Position numbers and translations under genes: made by a program. DNA of 64,000 nucleotides from Candidatus Nanopelagicales bacterium (GTDB taxonomy: Bacteria > Actinomycetota > Actinomycetes > S36-B12). This document shows positions 38,615 through 49,460 of this stretch, piece after piece. The stretch is from positions 10,143 to 74,142 of the forward strand of contig JAFMHB010000005.1 of the NCBI GenBank assembly GCA_017854795.1, written 5' to 3'. The notes under the pieces were generated by a model. The model made no database searches, had not been told where the DNA came from, and saw only the letters and a program-made list of their open reading frames with translations. Position 1 is the stretch's first letter; each line of letters begins with the position of its first letter.

Positions 38615-39694
38615 CTATTGCGCTAACGTCATTGCGCGTTGGTAGGCCGCACGCACCCGATGATCAATATCAGTCCACGAATAATCGGGGGAAACGCGCG
38701 CATTGTGTTCCAGAATGGTGCCAAGGGCAATTCGGTCTGAATCCCACTTCTTAATAGCCAAAGCAATACCCGTATCGGAATGACAGATCCGCCCGTCGAC
38801 TCCATCAGTAATAAATGTCTGCGTTCCCGTTCCGCTCCGGGCGACAACCGCGAGACCGTTGGCCCGAGCCTCCAATGCCGCAATACCAAATGATTCTTTG
38901 ATGGAAGGCTGAATGAATATTTGTGATCGATCAAGAACCAATTTGAGTTCCGCTGGGGCCAACCGTCCATGAAATGTCACAGGCAGTTGGCCTTTTCGAG
39001 CCCTTCTTTCCCACATAGCTCGCTCAGGACCGTCGCCAACAAGATTGAGATGTGCGTTCACGCCAAGGGTTTGTAATTCCTTCATTATGCGAAGTAGTGC
39101 TCCTGTTCTTTTCCGTGGTGCAATTCGCAAAACACTGACAAGTTGAAGGGGCATGGCATTCTTATCTGCGGTGACGGCACGGGTCCATAGGTTGGGATCA
39201 ATCCCGTTAGGCACGACATCTATGTCCACACCGAGGGATGCACTCATGTGTTCTGCTGCAACATCACTTACAGCACTCATGGCAACTCGATTCCACTTCA
39301 GCAATGCTCCACTGACCCCGAACATGGGACGTGCAAATTGACCCCACACACTGTGAATTGTCACCAAGATCGGAATGCCGAGATCGTGGGCTGCGCGAGT
39401 GGCGCTCCAAGCGAATGGGGAAAGCACACCGGCATGGACGTGGACAACTTCCGGAACATTCTCCGTTAAAAGGCGGGTGACACCGCGAAATGTTCGTGGG
39501 TGGATCGGGAGGTCAAAGGGAACAGGGAAACTCAACCGATCGACGGGAAATTCGGTGAACGGTAATCCAGACGTTGCGGTTATCACCCGTACCTGATCAC
39601 CCATCAAGTGCTGGGCGCGGGCTAGCCCCAAAACTTGGGATTCAATGCCTCCCGTTCTGGGAGCAAAGCAATCGCTGATATGGGTGATCCGCAC
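38615..39694 (-). CDS. Glycosyltransferase family 4 (GT-B fold)
   Basis: It opens with VRITHISDCFAPRTGGIESQV and has a C-terminal EX7E-like region (ESFGIAALEARANGLAVVA). I chose GTG 39694; the longest ORF (to 39796) would overlap the divergent PIG-L gene. Confidence 0.7.
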   Translation of the reverse strand: MRITHISDCFAPRTGGIESQVLGLARAQHLMGDQVRVITATSGLPFTEFPVDRLSFPVPFDLPIHPRTFRGVTRLLTENVPEVVHVHAGVLSPFAWSATRAAHDLGIPILVTIHSVWGQFARPMFGVSGALLKWNRVAMSAVSDVAAEHMSASLGVDIDVVPNGIDPNLWTRAVTADKNAMPLQLVSVLRIAPRKRTGALLRIMKELQTLGVNAHLNLVGDGPERAMWERRARKGQLPVTFHGRLAPAELKLVLDRSQIFIQPSIKESFGIAALEARANGLAVVARSGTGTQTFITDGVDGRICHSDTGIALAIKKWDSDRIALGTILEHNARVSPDYSWTDIDHRVRAAYQRAMTLAQ

Positions 39695-39725
39695 GGAGCA
39701 GACCGTACGCCACAATGGGTCCACT

Positions 39726-40472
39726 ATGCGCAACCTGCTCTTCCTACACGCCCATCCCGACGACGAGGCACTCCTCACAGCCGGAACCATGGCCAAAGCC
39801 CATGCCGCAGGACACCGCGTTCACCTCGTCGTTGCCACTGATGGGTCAGCCGGATTAACCTCTGGTGAATTCGCCAACGACCTTGCCTCACACCGGTCAG
39901 TTGAACTAACTCAATCTGCCGAGATTCTCGGTGTTTCCAGCATTACCGAACTTAATTACCCGGATTCCGGATTACATGGTGAGCACATTGCCAATGGCGG
40001 ATTTGCCGGACTGGATCCTGAAATTGTCGCTGCGAGCCTCGCCGACCTCGTACTCGAATTGAAAGTGGACACGCTGGTGGGATACGACCCATCGGGAGGC
40101 TACGGTCACCCTGACCACGTTCAAGTGCACAGAGTTGCCCGCACTCTGCAGCGACAAACTTCTTGCACCCTTTTTGAGGCGACTCTCCCACGCGAGCCCA
40201 TCGCTCGAGCTGTGAAGTTAGCCGGTGCCTTGTCGCTCACTCCACCGGACTTTGACCCCGACACTTTCGCGCAGAGTTGGACTCCCAAAGCCCTCATCAC
40301 CCATCGGGTCAACGTGCGTGAATTCACCCCGCTCAAGAAGGCATCGATTATGGCGCACTCATCACAGTCAAGTGCCGATGGCACAATTCGGACTCTCGCT
40401 GTTTTGAGCAAGTTACCGAAACCCATTTTTGATGCCCTACTGGGAACTGAGTACTTCGTCAAAGTAAATTAA
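39726..40472 (+). CDS. PIG-L family deacetylase
   Basis: It has MRNLLFLHAHPDDEALLTAG and later GYGHPDHVQVH, the PIG-L/LmbE signature. Confidence 0.8.
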   Translation: MRNLLFLHAHPDDEALLTAGTMAKAHAAGHRVHLVVATDGSAGLTSGEFANDLASHRSVELTQSAEILGVSSITELNYPDSGLHGEHIANGGFAGLDPEIVAASLADLVLELKVDTLVGYDPSGGYGHPDHVQVHRVARTLQRQTSCTLFEATLPREPIARAVKLAGALSLTPPDFDPDTFAQSWTPKALITHRVNVREFTPLKKASIMAHSSQSSADGTIRTLAVLSKLPKPIFDALLGTEYFVKVN

Positions 40473-41357
40473 CACCGAATCGGTCAAGTGCTCTCGGTTC
40501 CAAGGCAGCCAGTGGATTCGGGGATCCTGCCGGAACCACCGTTGTTGGCGACGAGCGAATTTTTGCGTTGTATAGATTATTTTTTCCCGCATCTCCTCTG
40601 CGCCCAAATCCCCACTCAAATAGGCCAAAACCTGGGAGTACCCAATCGCACGTGATGCAGTTGGTGCGTTGCGCAAACCCTCTGATTCAAGGCGTTCGAC
40701 TTCTGCTACGAAGCCAAAGTCCAGCATTTGATCGACACGTTTCACAATTCGTGAGTCCATGCTGACTCGATCAATTTCCAAGCCGATGCGAACACTTGGG
40801 ATTTCCTCCACTGGCTCTGGCAACCGAGAGTTGTATGGCTCGCCCGTGATCTCGATAACTTCGAGCGCACGAACTATTCGGCGGCCATTTCCCGGCAAAA
40901 TATTGCCCGCTGTTACTGGATCTTTCTGTGCCAAGAGTTCATGTAGTTTCTCAGGGCCATCCTGATCTAGCAGCGCTTCGTAGCGTGCACGGATAATCGG
41001 GTCAGTTGCCGGGAAATCGAATTGATCAAGAACTGCCTTTATATAAAGAACACTGCCACCGACAACTATCGGGGTTCGCTGCCGTTGCCCAATTTCAGCA
41101 ATCGATTTACGCGCCAGATCTCTAAATTGCACGACGTCAGCCTTGTGGGACATCGGCCACACATCCAGCATGTGGTGCGGAATACCTTCTAGTTCCTCAA
41201 TTGTTGGCTTTGCTGTACCGATATCCATGCCCGTGACAGCTTGCATAGAGTCTGTTCCCACCAATTCTCCATGGATCCGCTGCGCACATTCAATTGCAAG
41301 TTTGGTCTTGCCCACGGCCGTGGGTCCGACGATAGTGAGTATTGACCGTGGACTCAT
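40437..41357 (-). CDS. miaA: tRNA dimethylallyltransferase
   Basis: It has the P-loop IVGPTAVGKT and the motifs DSMQAVTGMDIGTAKP and GGSVLYIKAV. Confidence 0.9.
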   Translation of the reverse strand: MSPRSILTIVGPTAVGKTKLAIECAQRIHGELVGTDSMQAVTGMDIGTAKPTIEELEGIPHHMLDVWPMSHKADVVQFRDLARKSIAEIGQRQRTPIVVGGSVLYIKAVLDQFDFPATDPIIRARYEALLDQDGPEKLHELLAQKDPVTAGNILPGNGRRIVRALEVIEITGEPYNSRLPEPVEEIPSVRIGLEIDRVSMDSRIVKRVDQMLDFGFVAEVERLESEGLRNAPTASRAIGYSQVLAYLSGDLGAEEMREKIIYTTQKFARRQQRWFRQDPRIHWLPWNREHLTDSVLIYFDEVLSSQ

Positions 41358-41368
41358 GAATCATTCAT

Positions 41369-42814
41369 TCACGGTGCAACAAAAGTGGGAATCCCGAGCA
41401 TGACAGCACTTTTCGGAGAAGTTTCGGAAAGATCCCCTGCTCGCGTCGCGCGTACCGAGGTTGCTCGGCCAATTAAATGATGCGGTGCAGCTGATGTGAC
41501 CGTACCTGTAAGGAAATCACCGGGGCGAGCAACAAGATCACCGAGGTCAAAGTGTGCAAGTCGACCATCGGATGTTCGGCCCGATCGCCTATTTGTGTTG
41601 GCGTCTTTACGGCCTTCACTGTGGGCCACCAAAATCTCTACACTTCTATCAACTTGAGCCAGGTTCTCTTCCCATGAGATTTGATTGACCAACTTCACGA
41701 GACGCTCGTAACGCTCCTGAACGACCTCTTTGTCAATTTGATTGTCCATCGTGGCAGCCGGCGTTCCTGGTCGTTTTGAATACTGGAAGGTGTATGCACT
41801 GGAAAATCGGGCCCTGCTCACGACATCCATTGTGTCTTGGAAATCCCTTTCGCTCTCACCGGGGAAACCGACAATGATGTCTGTGGTGATTGAAGCCTCT
41901 GGCATTGCCGCACGGACGCGATCAATAATGCCCAGATACTTCTCTTGGCGGTATGAACGTCGCATTCTCTGCAGTACCGCATCTGAGCCTGACTGCAGCG
42001 GCATGTGCAATGTTGGCATGACATTCTTTGTCTGAGCCATCGCCTCAATGACGTCATCGGTGAAATCACGTGGATGCGGACTCATGAAACGAACCCGCTC
42101 TAACCCAGGGATCTCTCCACAAGCACGCAACAACTTACTGAAAGCCTGTGGCTCCCCGAGATCAGAACCATATGCATTTACATTCTGTCCTAAGAGTGTT
42201 ATTTCGACGACTCCGTCGGCTACAAGGACGTCAATTTCGGTCAAAATATCGCCTACACGCCGATCTTTTTCTTTTCCACGAAGTGAAGGAACGATGCAAA
42301 AGGTGCACGTGTTGTTGCAACCAACACTGATTGACACCCATGCGCTGTAAATCGCATCACGCTTGGTTGGCAATGCCGATGGGAAATCGACTAGTGCTTC
42401 AGCGATCTCCACTTGCGATTCTTGTTCGATTCGAGCGCGTTCCAGAAGAACTGGTAGGGAACCCAGATTGTGCGTGCCGAATACCACGTCAACGACGGGC
42501 GACTTGCGCAGAATTTCCCCTTGATCCTTTTGCGCCAAGCAACCGCCAACAGCGATTTGCATCCCGGGATTCGCAGCCTTAATCGGCACCAAGTGACTCA
42601 GATTGCCATAAAGTTTATTATCCGCATTCTCGCGAACAGCGCACGTATTGAACACAATAAGGTCAGCGACTACACCTTCTTGGACTGGCGTGTAACCCTC
42701 GGACTCCAAAAGCCCAGTAATGCGCTCAGAGTCGTGCACATTCATTTGACACCCGTAGGTGCGTACCTGATATGTGCGAGGTTTATCGATGAGGGGCATT
42801 TCAATGTTTGGCAT
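41369..42814 (-). CDS. miaB: tRNA (N6-isopentenyl adenosine(37)-C2)-methylthiotransferase
   Basis: It has a UPF0004 domain ([16 protein letters not shown]), a radical SAM motif ([12 protein letters not shown]) and a TRAM domain. I chose ATG 42814 to avoid overlap with the upstream MMPL gene; the longest ORF starts at 42925. Confidence 0.88.
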   Translation of the reverse strand: MPNIEMPLIDKPRTYQVRTYGCQMNVHDSERITGLLESEGYTPVQEGVVADLIVFNTCAVRENADNKLYGNLSHLVPIKAANPGMQIAVGGCLAQKDQGEILRKSPVVDVVFGTHNLGSLPVLLERARIEQESQVEIAEALVDFPSALPTKRDAIYSAWVSISVGCNNTCTFCIVPSLRGKEKDRRVGDILTEIDVLVADGVVEITLLGQNVNAYGSDLGEPQAFSKLLRACGEIPGLERVRFMSPHPRDFTDDVIEAMAQTKNVMPTLHMPLQSGSDAVLQRMRRSYRQEKYLGIIDRVRAAMPEASITTDIIVGFPGESERDFQDTMDVVSRARFSSAYTFQYSKRPGTPAATMDNQIDKEVVQERYERLVKLVNQISWEENLAQVDRSVEILVAHSEGRKDANTNRRSGRTSDGRLAHFDLGDLVARPGDFLTGTVTSAAPHHLIGRATSVRATRAGDLSETSPKSAVMLGIPTFVAP

Positions 42815-42857
42815 AGGACTCAACAGTAATCCTGTCAAATCAGGAAGGGTCTCTCCC

Positions 42858-45275
42858 CTAGCCCACTGGCGCCGGCCTAGACGCCTCGCCCTCTTCGTCG
42901 AATACTTCGTCTTCACCTGGCTCAATGTGAACTGTGGGCAAAATCCGGTCTAGCCAGCCAGGCAGCCACCAGTTTCCTTTACCAATAATCGACATAATTG
43001 AAGGCACCGCTATCAGTCGGATCAAGAATGCGTCAATAAGTACGGCCGAGCCCAAAGCAACCCCGAAAAGCTTGATGGTGTTGTCAGGTGTGGGGACGAA
43101 TGCAAGAAAAACGCTCGCCATGATCGCTGCTGCAATTGCAACCACCTTGCCGGAGCCTGCAAGCCCACGGCGCACCGCGGCCGCGTTATCCCCTGTGTGA
43201 TCCCATTCCTCACGCATCCGAGAGACAAGGAAGACTTGATAGTCCATGGAGAGTCCAAACAGAATTGCAAACACCATGATGGGCAGGAATGGGAAGATTG
43301 GACCGGTTCCCGATACCCCAAGGATGTCGCTAAACCAGCCCCATTGGAAAACCGCAACCGTGATACCTGTTGCTGCGGCAAAGCTCAACAAACTCGTCAA
43401 CGCCGCTGTCAGTGGAACCACCACAGATCGGAATAGAACCATCAATGCGAGGAATCCGAGAGAGACCACGATCAACAGAAAGAGCGGTAACGCATTGACG
43501 AGCACTTGCGTGAAATCAGAGGTAACGGCGAGCGCACCTCCCACGTAAAGCGAGCCACCCGTTGCGGCATTGAATTCCGGCCCTGTGACATCGCGCAGTT
43601 CCATCAGAAGATCCGCTGTCGCAGCATCTTGGGGTCCGGTTGAGGGAACAACAAAGACTGCACCCACAGTGCCGTCGGGGCTTAAACCACCACCAGAGGC
43701 CTGTAACAACGGGAGTATTGCCGTTGATGGATTCGTCGCTGCTACACCTGGGGTTGACTCAATGGCTGTTATCGCTGCCGCGTATTGCTCAAGGTCATTA
43801 GGTTGTGAAAGTTCAACGGCCACGATGAACGGACCACTCGTTCCCGGGCCAAAACCTTCAGCCGTGAGGTCGTAGGCGATCCGAGTTGGAGTACCTTCCG
43901 CGTTTCCGGATGCATCAGCGAAACCTAAGCGCAGCGAGAAAACGGGAATTGCGAGAATGGCAACTAGTCCGACGGAGACGATCGCAAAGAACCATGGGCG
44001 TTTTTGCAGGAACCGCCCGTACCGCGACCATTGCTTACCCTCTGCATGACCCTCCCCAGGTTTGGTGCCCCATGGCAGTCGCAGGCCCAGTGCTTTGGTG
44101 CCCAAAAGGGAAAGCGTTGCAGGCAGTAGCCACAATGCGGCCGTCATCACCATTAGCACCGTAACAATTGCCGCCAATGCCAATCCATTGAAGAAACCGA
44201 TGCGCAGAATGAACAAACCGCATAGGGCAAAAATCACCGTTGCCCCAGCAAAAAGAACAGCCCGCCCCGCTGTGTTGACCGCTTCGAGGGCAGCCCGTTT
44301 TGGTTCATGACCAACTAAAATCGCTTGTCGATATCGGTTCAGAACAAACAGGGCGTAGTCGATCCCCACACCCAAACCGATCATTGCTGCCAATGTCGGT
44401 GCGAATGTGGCAACATCCATGAACAAGGCCACGATTAAAACAAGCATTTGACCTGCGGCCAGGCCTATGACCGCAACTACGATTGGCATCCCAGCTGCGA
44501 TAACGGATCCAAAGGCAATGAGCAAAATTACAATGGCCACCAAAATCCCGAAAAGTTCACTAGAGGGAACTTCCTGCACGCTGCCTAATACATCGCCGCT
44601 GGCACCCACCGCTATTGCATCAGAGTTGACCGATTTAACAAGGTCAAGAAAGCTCACGACATCAGCGGTTGGGACGTCGCTACCCATGCCCCCCGTGAAA
44701 GTGACGGTCGAATACGCCACCGTTCCATCTGGACTAATCGGAGAGTTAGCTATCGCTGAGGCTTGCAATGCGGGCTCAAGCTGCTTCAACTCTTCTTCAG
44801 ATGCCTCCGACATGATTGACGCCATGTCCCCATTTGCGGTTGGACAGGCATCACCGTACGGCGCTGCCAAATCAAATGGATTAGTCACGCACACAACTGC
44901 AGGAAGGGCGGCAATCTCTTCCAAAACTGGTGTGATGAATGCTGAAGCAGCTGGATCTACCGCACTGCCTGTGGCAGGTGACCAAATAATGGTGGCTGTT
45001 GCTCCCGAAGATGATGCATCAAGTTCGGCGTTCCCAATAGTGGCCAGCAGGTCCGTAGCGGTAGTCGACTCGGTGTCCGGCAAATCAAATGAATCGTTCA
45101 ATGAACCGCCAAATGAAACACCGATTCCCACAACAGCGACAAGTGCGACAAAGTAGGAAATGAGCGCAACGAGTGGCTTACGAACAGCCCACTGTGACAA
45201 ACCCGGCATGAAAACCCCTGACCTAGATGTTCCGAATGACCGTAGCGAGTCTAGCACCATCTGAACAGTGCTCAC
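42858..45275 (-). CDS. MMPL family (RND superfamily) transporter
   Basis: 805 aa with two 6-TM bundles and large extracytoplasmic loops. Motifs are [15 protein letters not shown] and [16 protein letters not shown]. Confidence 0.85.
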   Translation of the reverse strand: MSTVQMVLDSLRSFGTSRSGVFMPGLSQWAVRKPLVALISYFVALVAVVGIGVSFGGSLNDSFDLPDTESTTATDLLATIGNAELDASSSGATATIIWSPATGSAVDPAASAFITPVLEEIAALPAVVCVTNPFDLAAPYGDACPTANGDMASIMSEASEEELKQLEPALQASAIANSPISPDGTVAYSTVTFTGGMGSDVPTADVVSFLDLVKSVNSDAIAVGASGDVLGSVQEVPSSELFGILVAIVILLIAFGSVIAAGMPIVVAVIGLAAGQMLVLIVALFMDVATFAPTLAAMIGLGVGIDYALFVLNRYRQAILVGHEPKRAALEAVNTAGRAVLFAGATVIFALCGLFILRIGFFNGLALAAIVTVLMVMTAALWLLPATLSLLGTKALGLRLPWGTKPGEGHAEGKQWSRYGRFLQKRPWFFAIVSVGLVAILAIPVFSLRLGFADASGNAEGTPTRIAYDLTAEGFGPGTSGPFIVAVELSQPNDLEQYAAAITAIESTPGVAATNPSTAILPLLQASGGGLSPDGTVGAVFVVPSTGPQDAATADLLMELRDVTGPEFNAATGGSLYVGGALAVTSDFTQVLVNALPLFLLIVVSLGFLALMVLFRSVVVPLTAALTSLLSFAAATGITVAVFQWGWFSDILGVSGTGPIFPFLPIMVFAILFGLSMDYQVFLVSRMREEWDHTGDNAAAVRRGLAGSGKVVAIAAAIMASVFLAFVPTPDNTIKLFGVALGSAVLIDAFLIRLIAVPSIMSIIGKGNWWLPGWLDRILPTVHIEPGEDEVFDEEGEASRPAPVG

Positions 45276-45294
45276 ATTGAGGTAAATGCCTAAA

Positions 45295-45801
45295 TTATTC
45301 CGTGTTGAGTTCTATTTCGACACCGACAGTTTCCTTAGCAACCTGAAAACAGATGCTGGGCGAATAACCTTTACGCTGTAACAAAGATGCGATCCGTCTC
45401 ACCGCGACCGCATGCTCGACTGACATTAAACTCCGATATTTCTTCGCCGCCAATTCATAAGCCCGGGCATGTGTATCTTCCACGGTCAACTGCTCCAAGG
45501 CTAATTCGATGACCTCTAAATCGATGTCCTTACTGACCAGTTCACGTTTAAGCACACTTGGCGCTAGACCACGGGAACGGTGACGACTACGAACCCATTC
45601 TTGGGCGTAGGCAGTATCGTCGATGTAACCCATCGCTGAAACGCGATCCAAGACTCGCTCGATCAGAATGGGGTCAAACTCCCTGTCGAGCAAGTATGTG
45701 AATAACTCCCCGCGCGAACGAGGAGCGGCATTCAATCGGCGCATTACGACCGACATGATTTCCGACTCCCCGCTCCGATCACCAAAAACTGGATCAGTCA
45801 T
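45295..45801 (-). CDS. recX: Recombination regulator RecX
   Basis: 168 aa, helical-repeat protein immediately downstream of recA (YIDDTAYAQEWVRSR, LVSKDIDLEVIELAL). Confidence 0.85.
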   Translation of the reverse strand: MTDPVFGDRSGESEIMSVVMRRLNAAPRSRGELFTYLLDREFDPILIERVLDRVSAMGYIDDTAYAQEWVRSRHRSRGLAPSVLKRELVSKDIDLEVIELALEQLTVEDTHARAYELAAKKYRSLMSVEHAVAVRRIASLLQRKGYSPSICFQVAKETVGVEIELNTE

Positions 45802-45813
45802 AGAGGATGACGA

Positions 45814-46899
45814 CTATTCGTCCAGCGCGCCAAGATCGGCATTAGCGTCCATTTTGGCTGCAGACTTGGCAGATTTGGTCGGCTCTGGAGTCTCAATCTT
45901 GGGTCCGATTCCCATCTGCTCCTTGATGCGCTTTTCAATTTCATTCGCTAAATCAGCGTTGTCCCTCAAGAATGTGCGGGCATTCTCTTTACCCTGTCCC
46001 AGTTGATCACCCTCATAGGTGTACCAGGCGCCGGCCTTACGGACAATCCCTTGATCAACACCAATATCAATTAAGGAACCTTCACGCGAAATTCCTTCTC
46101 CATAAATAATATCGAACTCAGCTTGCTTAAACGGCGGTGCAACTTTGTTCTTAACAACCTTTACTCGGGTTCGGTTACCAACAGCTTCGGTTCCACCCTT
46201 GAGTGTTTCAATTCGACGAACGTCCATTCGAACTGACGAATAGAATTTCAAAGCCTTTCCACCGGTGGTTGTTTCCGGTGATCCGAACATCACGCCGATT
46301 TTTTCCCGCAGTTGGTTGATGAAGATGGCGGTAGTGTTGGTATTGCTGAGCGCACCCGCCATCTTGCGTAGTGCTTGGCTCATTAGTCGTGCTTGCAATC
46401 CCATATGTGAATCACCCATGTCGCCTTCAATTTCAGCGCGTGGGGTGAGCGCTGCAACCGAGTCGATAACGATTAGATCAATCGCACCCGAGCGGACCAG
46501 AGTGTCGCAAATTTCAAGTGCCTGCTCGCCATTGTCGGGTTGGGAAACATACAAATTGTCAAGGTCTACGCCCAGATGCGCCGCGTAGTCGGGGTCAAGG
46601 GCGTGCTCGGCATCAATGAAGGCGGCAAGTCCGCCGCGCGCTTGAACGCTCGCGATTGCGTGTAAGGCAACTGTAGTTTTACCCGATGATTCAGGGCCAT
46701 AAATCTCCACAATACGTCCGCGTGGATAACCTCCGATACCCAGTGCAATATCCAGAGCAATTGATCCAGTGGGAATAATCTCCATGGGTACTCGCTCGGA
46801 GTCACCCAGTCGCATAAGTGAGCCCTTACCGAACTGGCGCTCAATCTGAGCTAATGCGGAATCAAGTGCCTTTTCGCGGTCCTTTTCGTTATTCGCCAT
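45814..46899 (-). CDS. recA: Recombinase RecA
   Basis: It has the motifs [23 protein letters not shown], Walker [10 protein letters not shown] and [12 protein letters not shown] 46899 is preceded by GAGGAG. About 361 aa with no intein. Confidence 0.95.
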   Translation of the reverse strand: MANNEKDREKALDSALAQIERQFGKGSLMRLGDSERVPMEIIPTGSIALDIALGIGGYPRGRIVEIYGPESSGKTTVALHAIASVQARGGLAAFIDAEHALDPDYAAHLGVDLDNLYVSQPDNGEQALEICDTLVRSGAIDLIVIDSVAALTPRAEIEGDMGDSHMGLQARLMSQALRKMAGALSNTNTTAIFINQLREKIGVMFGSPETTTGGKALKFYSSVRMDVRRIETLKGGTEAVGNRTRVKVVKNKVAPPFKQAEFDIIYGEGISREGSLIDIGVDQGIVRKAGAWYTYEGDQLGQGKENARTFLRDNADLANEIEKRIKEQMGIGPKIETPEPTKSAKSAAKMDANADLGALDE

Positions 46900-46993
46900 G
46901 CTTTTTCTCCTCAACCCTGGTTACACGATCACAATTGCACTGCAGTTCATTGCAGTTCAGTGAGAGCGCATCACGTTTATTTATGTTTGACGA

Positions 46994-47016
46994 AGGCTAG
47001 GTGCGAGCACTGACAT
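46994..47016 (-). promoter_or_regulatory. RecA-NDp (PafBC-type) promoter motif upstream of recA
   Basis: The minus strand reads aTGTCAGTG-CTCGCACC-TAGCCT, against the consensus tTGTCRgtg-N8-TAnnnT. It lies about 95 nt upstream of the recA ATG. Confidence 0.55.
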
Positions 47017-47086
47017 TTGGCTCACGTGATTTTCCTTTGTGGATAATCAGCAGAGGCTGTTGATAACTCGACCCAGCGCTCAGAGC

Positions 47087-48436
47087 CTATATCGAACGTG
47101 CGTTCGAAGGCTCGCGACACGCCGGGAGACTCACCCACACTGCCAACCCAATCAAGGGAACTATGGCGAGCGCACACAGCCAGCCGTATCCCCCGAGCCA
47201 CATAATGAACCCGGCGGCGATACCGCCAAGCGCACCCGCAGCATTCATCGAGAGGTCCGACAAGCCCTGAACCGAGGGCCGCTCATTAGCTTCCACCGAG
47301 TCCGTCACCAAAGTTGAGCCAGCAATAAGGGTGAAGGACCAACCAAGGCCGAGCAGGAACAGCCCAATACCCAAGATCACTACATTATTTGCAGGAGCCA
47401 ATCCCGAAATCACACAACTTGATGCCAAAATGAGAATCCCTGCGACGATCATGGGCACTCGACCGAAACGGTCAACTGCCATGCCGACGAGTGGTGAGAA
47501 TGCGTACATACCAGCGACGTGAACGCTGATAACCAAGCCAATGAGTTGCAATGTGACATCAACGTGAGCCATGTGAACCGGAGTCATCACCATAACCATC
47601 ACCATTACAACGTGCCCAATAGAGATTGCACCGATTCCCAACACTGCACGTGGACGGGTGCGCAGGTGTTCAATCCCCTCGCGCAACTTGGGGTGCTGAA
47701 TTTTTATCCCCGGATCGAGGTCTTGTCGCAGTTTGGTAGCCAAGACAAACGGGTCTGGACGTAAGGCCACAAGCAGGACGATTACAGCGCAGGTCAATGC
47801 GATGCCGGAGATTACGTATGGCCCCGACAACCGAGGCAGGCCCAAATTAAGACCCACTGAACCACTGAAGTTCAGGAGATTGGGTCCAAGAACTGCCCCG
47901 ATAGTGGCCGCCCATACAACATAGGAAAGTGACCGGGCTCGGTGCTCAGGCTTTGCGAGATCAGTTGCGGCGTAACGGGCCTGCAGACTAGCGGCACTAG
48001 CAACACCTACAAATAACGATCCAAATAAAACAACTGATATCTGCGATGAAACAGCACCGATAATCACCAGAATGGCACCGATGATTCCCAGTCCATAGCC
48101 GCTGGCCAAGGCAGGCCGGCGGCCCTTTGTTAAAGCGATACGGGCTAGCGGCAATGCGAAGATCGCGGCACCTAAGACTCCTGCCGTTTGAACAAGCCCA
48201 GCGAATGCTTCAGAGTCTGTCATCGATGCTGCGAGCAAGGCTCCCGCGGGAACAGATCCTGCGACAGCGATCCCACCAAACATTTGGGCAGCCGACAGGG
48301 TCGCGACAGATCGGTTGGCAATCGTGAGGATACGGGGGCTGTCTAGTGTTTCAATCACTAGTGATTGATCGATTGCACCCACACTCCAAACCCTAGCGCA
48401 GCGAACTCGGGACCTCCACGAAGTTGCACACTGCAC
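47087..48436 (-). CDS. MFS transporter
   Basis: 449 aa with about 12 TM segments. An alternative GTG start at 48382 would remove the overlap with the DUF3046 gene. Confidence 0.8.
   Translation of the reverse strand: MQCATSWRSRVRCARVWSVGAIDQSLVIETLDSPRILTIANRSVATLSAAQMFGGIAVAGSVPAGALLAASMTDSEAFAGLVQTAGVLGAAIFALPLARIALTKGRRPALASGYGLGIIGAILVIIGAVSSQISVVLFGSLFVGVASAASLQARYAATDLAKPEHRARSLSYVVWAATIGAVLGPNLLNFSGSVGLNLGLPRLSGPYVISGIALTCAVIVLLVALRPDPFVLATKLRQDLDPGIKIQHPKLREGIEHLRTRPRAVLGIGAISIGHVVMVMVMVMTPVHMAHVDVTLQLIGLVISVHVAGMYAFSPLVGMAVDRFGRVPMIVAGILILASSCVISGLAPANNVVILGIGLFLLGLGWSFTLIAGSTLVTDSVEANERPSVQGLSDLSMNAAGALGGIAAGFIMWLGGYGWLCALAIVPLIGLAVWVSLPACREPSNARSI
47092..47107. promoter_or_regulatory. 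LexA (SOS) box upstream of recA
   Basis: TCGAACGTGCGTTCGA is a perfect match to TCGAAC-N4-GTTCGA. It lies about 195 nt upstream of the recA ATG, inside the last codons of the upstream MFS gene. Confidence 0.8.
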
Positions 48437-48569
48437 GCCAGATCACGGCCGCTTCAACACCATCCGCTACTGCCGTATCCACCGTGCTACTAAGGTCAGG
48501 GATCACTACATCCTTGCGCCATGAAGCACTGTAACTAGGGCCAATTACGGTTTCAATGCGCTCGGACAT
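48393..48569 (-). CDS. DUF3046-like small protein
   Basis: 58 aa from ATG 48569 (MSERIETVIGPSYSASW...VIWRAVCNFVEVPSSLR). The size, the WRAVC..VP motif and the recA-proximal position fit DUF3046. Confidence 0.55.
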   Translation of the reverse strand: MSERIETVIGPSYSASWRKDVVIPDLSSTVDTAVADGVEAAVIWRAVCNFVEVPSSLR

Positions 48570-48609
48570 ATCACTTAGTCGCAACGCATTCCGCTCGTGA
48601 CAGCAGATA

Positions 48610-48894
48610 CTAAATCGATGAAATGGCGCTGGGAAACGTAATTGGTTGCGTCGATTCAGCATGCGCCACGGATGTACTCACGGAAGCCAAGATATCTGAT
48701 AGCGACACGTCAAGGGCACCACAAATAGCGGCGATCAGCTCAGAGGAGGCTTCCTTCTGTCCACGCTCGATTTCAGAAAGGTAACCCAACGAAACTGACG
48801 CAGCGCCAGAAATATCACGCAGGGTTCGGCCTTGATCTTGACGACGACGGCGAAGTTCATCACCGATCACATTGCGCAAAACGATCATGTCCAT
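48610..48894 (-). CDS. clgR: XRE-family HTH transcriptional regulator, ClgR-like
   Basis: [56 protein letters not shown] matches the ClgR pattern. The position downstream of cinA-pgsA is also conserved. Confidence 0.75.
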   Translation of the reverse strand: MDMIVLRNVIGDELRRRRQDQGRTLRDISGAASVSLGYLSEIERGQKEASSELIAAICGALDVSLSDILASVSTSVAHAESTQPITFPSAISSI

Positions 48895-48977
48895 TTCCTT
48901 CCTACTGCGTAATCACACTCCGGTTAAAGAGCATAGCTCCATGATACCCGCTATAGCCAGCATCTGCGAATATTGGC

Positions 48978-49460
48978 TCATTTCCACTCATCAAGCCGAC
49001 TGAAGACTACCTGGCTATCAATCAAATCCAACGCTGCATTTACCGCTGCCACACGTATCTCATTTCGATCCCCAGCAAGTTTTACCATTTTCGCTGCACT
49101 GTGGTGTTTAGACGCACAACCCAGCCAAACGGTTCCCTGTTCCTGACCATCCTGGGGGCCCGGTCCGGCAATCCCAGTGGTTGAGAGAGCGTAATCAGAG
49201 CCAAAGAGCTCTCGTGCCTTTTGTGCCATGGCTATTGCGACTTCCTGCGAAACAACCCCATGAGCGAGGGCTTGCTCGTTGACCCCGAGAACCCCTCGCT
49301 TAGCCTGGGGGGTGTATGCCACCACTCCACCGAGGAAGACATCAGATGCGCCTGAGATGTCAATTAACGCGCTCGCAAGTAATCCCCCCGTCAAGGACTC
49401 TGCCACGCTGAGACTCTCGCCATTCCGACGAAGTGCATCGATTAAATCGCTGGGCTTCAC
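48978..49460 (-). CDS. CinA-family nicotinamide-nucleotide amidohydrolase domain protein (PncC-like)
   Basis: 160 aa with the motifs LSVAESLTGGLLAS, GGVVAYT and TGIAGPG. Confidence 0.85.
   Translation of the reverse strand: MKPSDLIDALRRNGESLSVAESLTGGLLASALIDISGASDVFLGGVVAYTPQAKRGVLGVNEQALAHGVVSQEVAIAMAQKARELFGSDYALSTTGIAGPGPQDGQEQGTVWLGCASKHHSAAKMVKLAGDRNEIRVAAVNAALDLIDSQVVFSRLDEWK

Noticed and set aside
44467-45156. Long antisense ORFs opposite confident genes. Examples are 44467-45156 opposite MMPL, 27783-28415 opposite the antiporter, 36692-37189 opposite hflX, 21555-22064 opposite DUF4192 and 2347-2850 opposite the MFS gene.
   Set aside because: They are Ala/Ser/Thr/Pro/Arg-rich, low-complexity shadow frames with no recognisable motifs. 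Each is fully embedded in a gene with strong family signatures.
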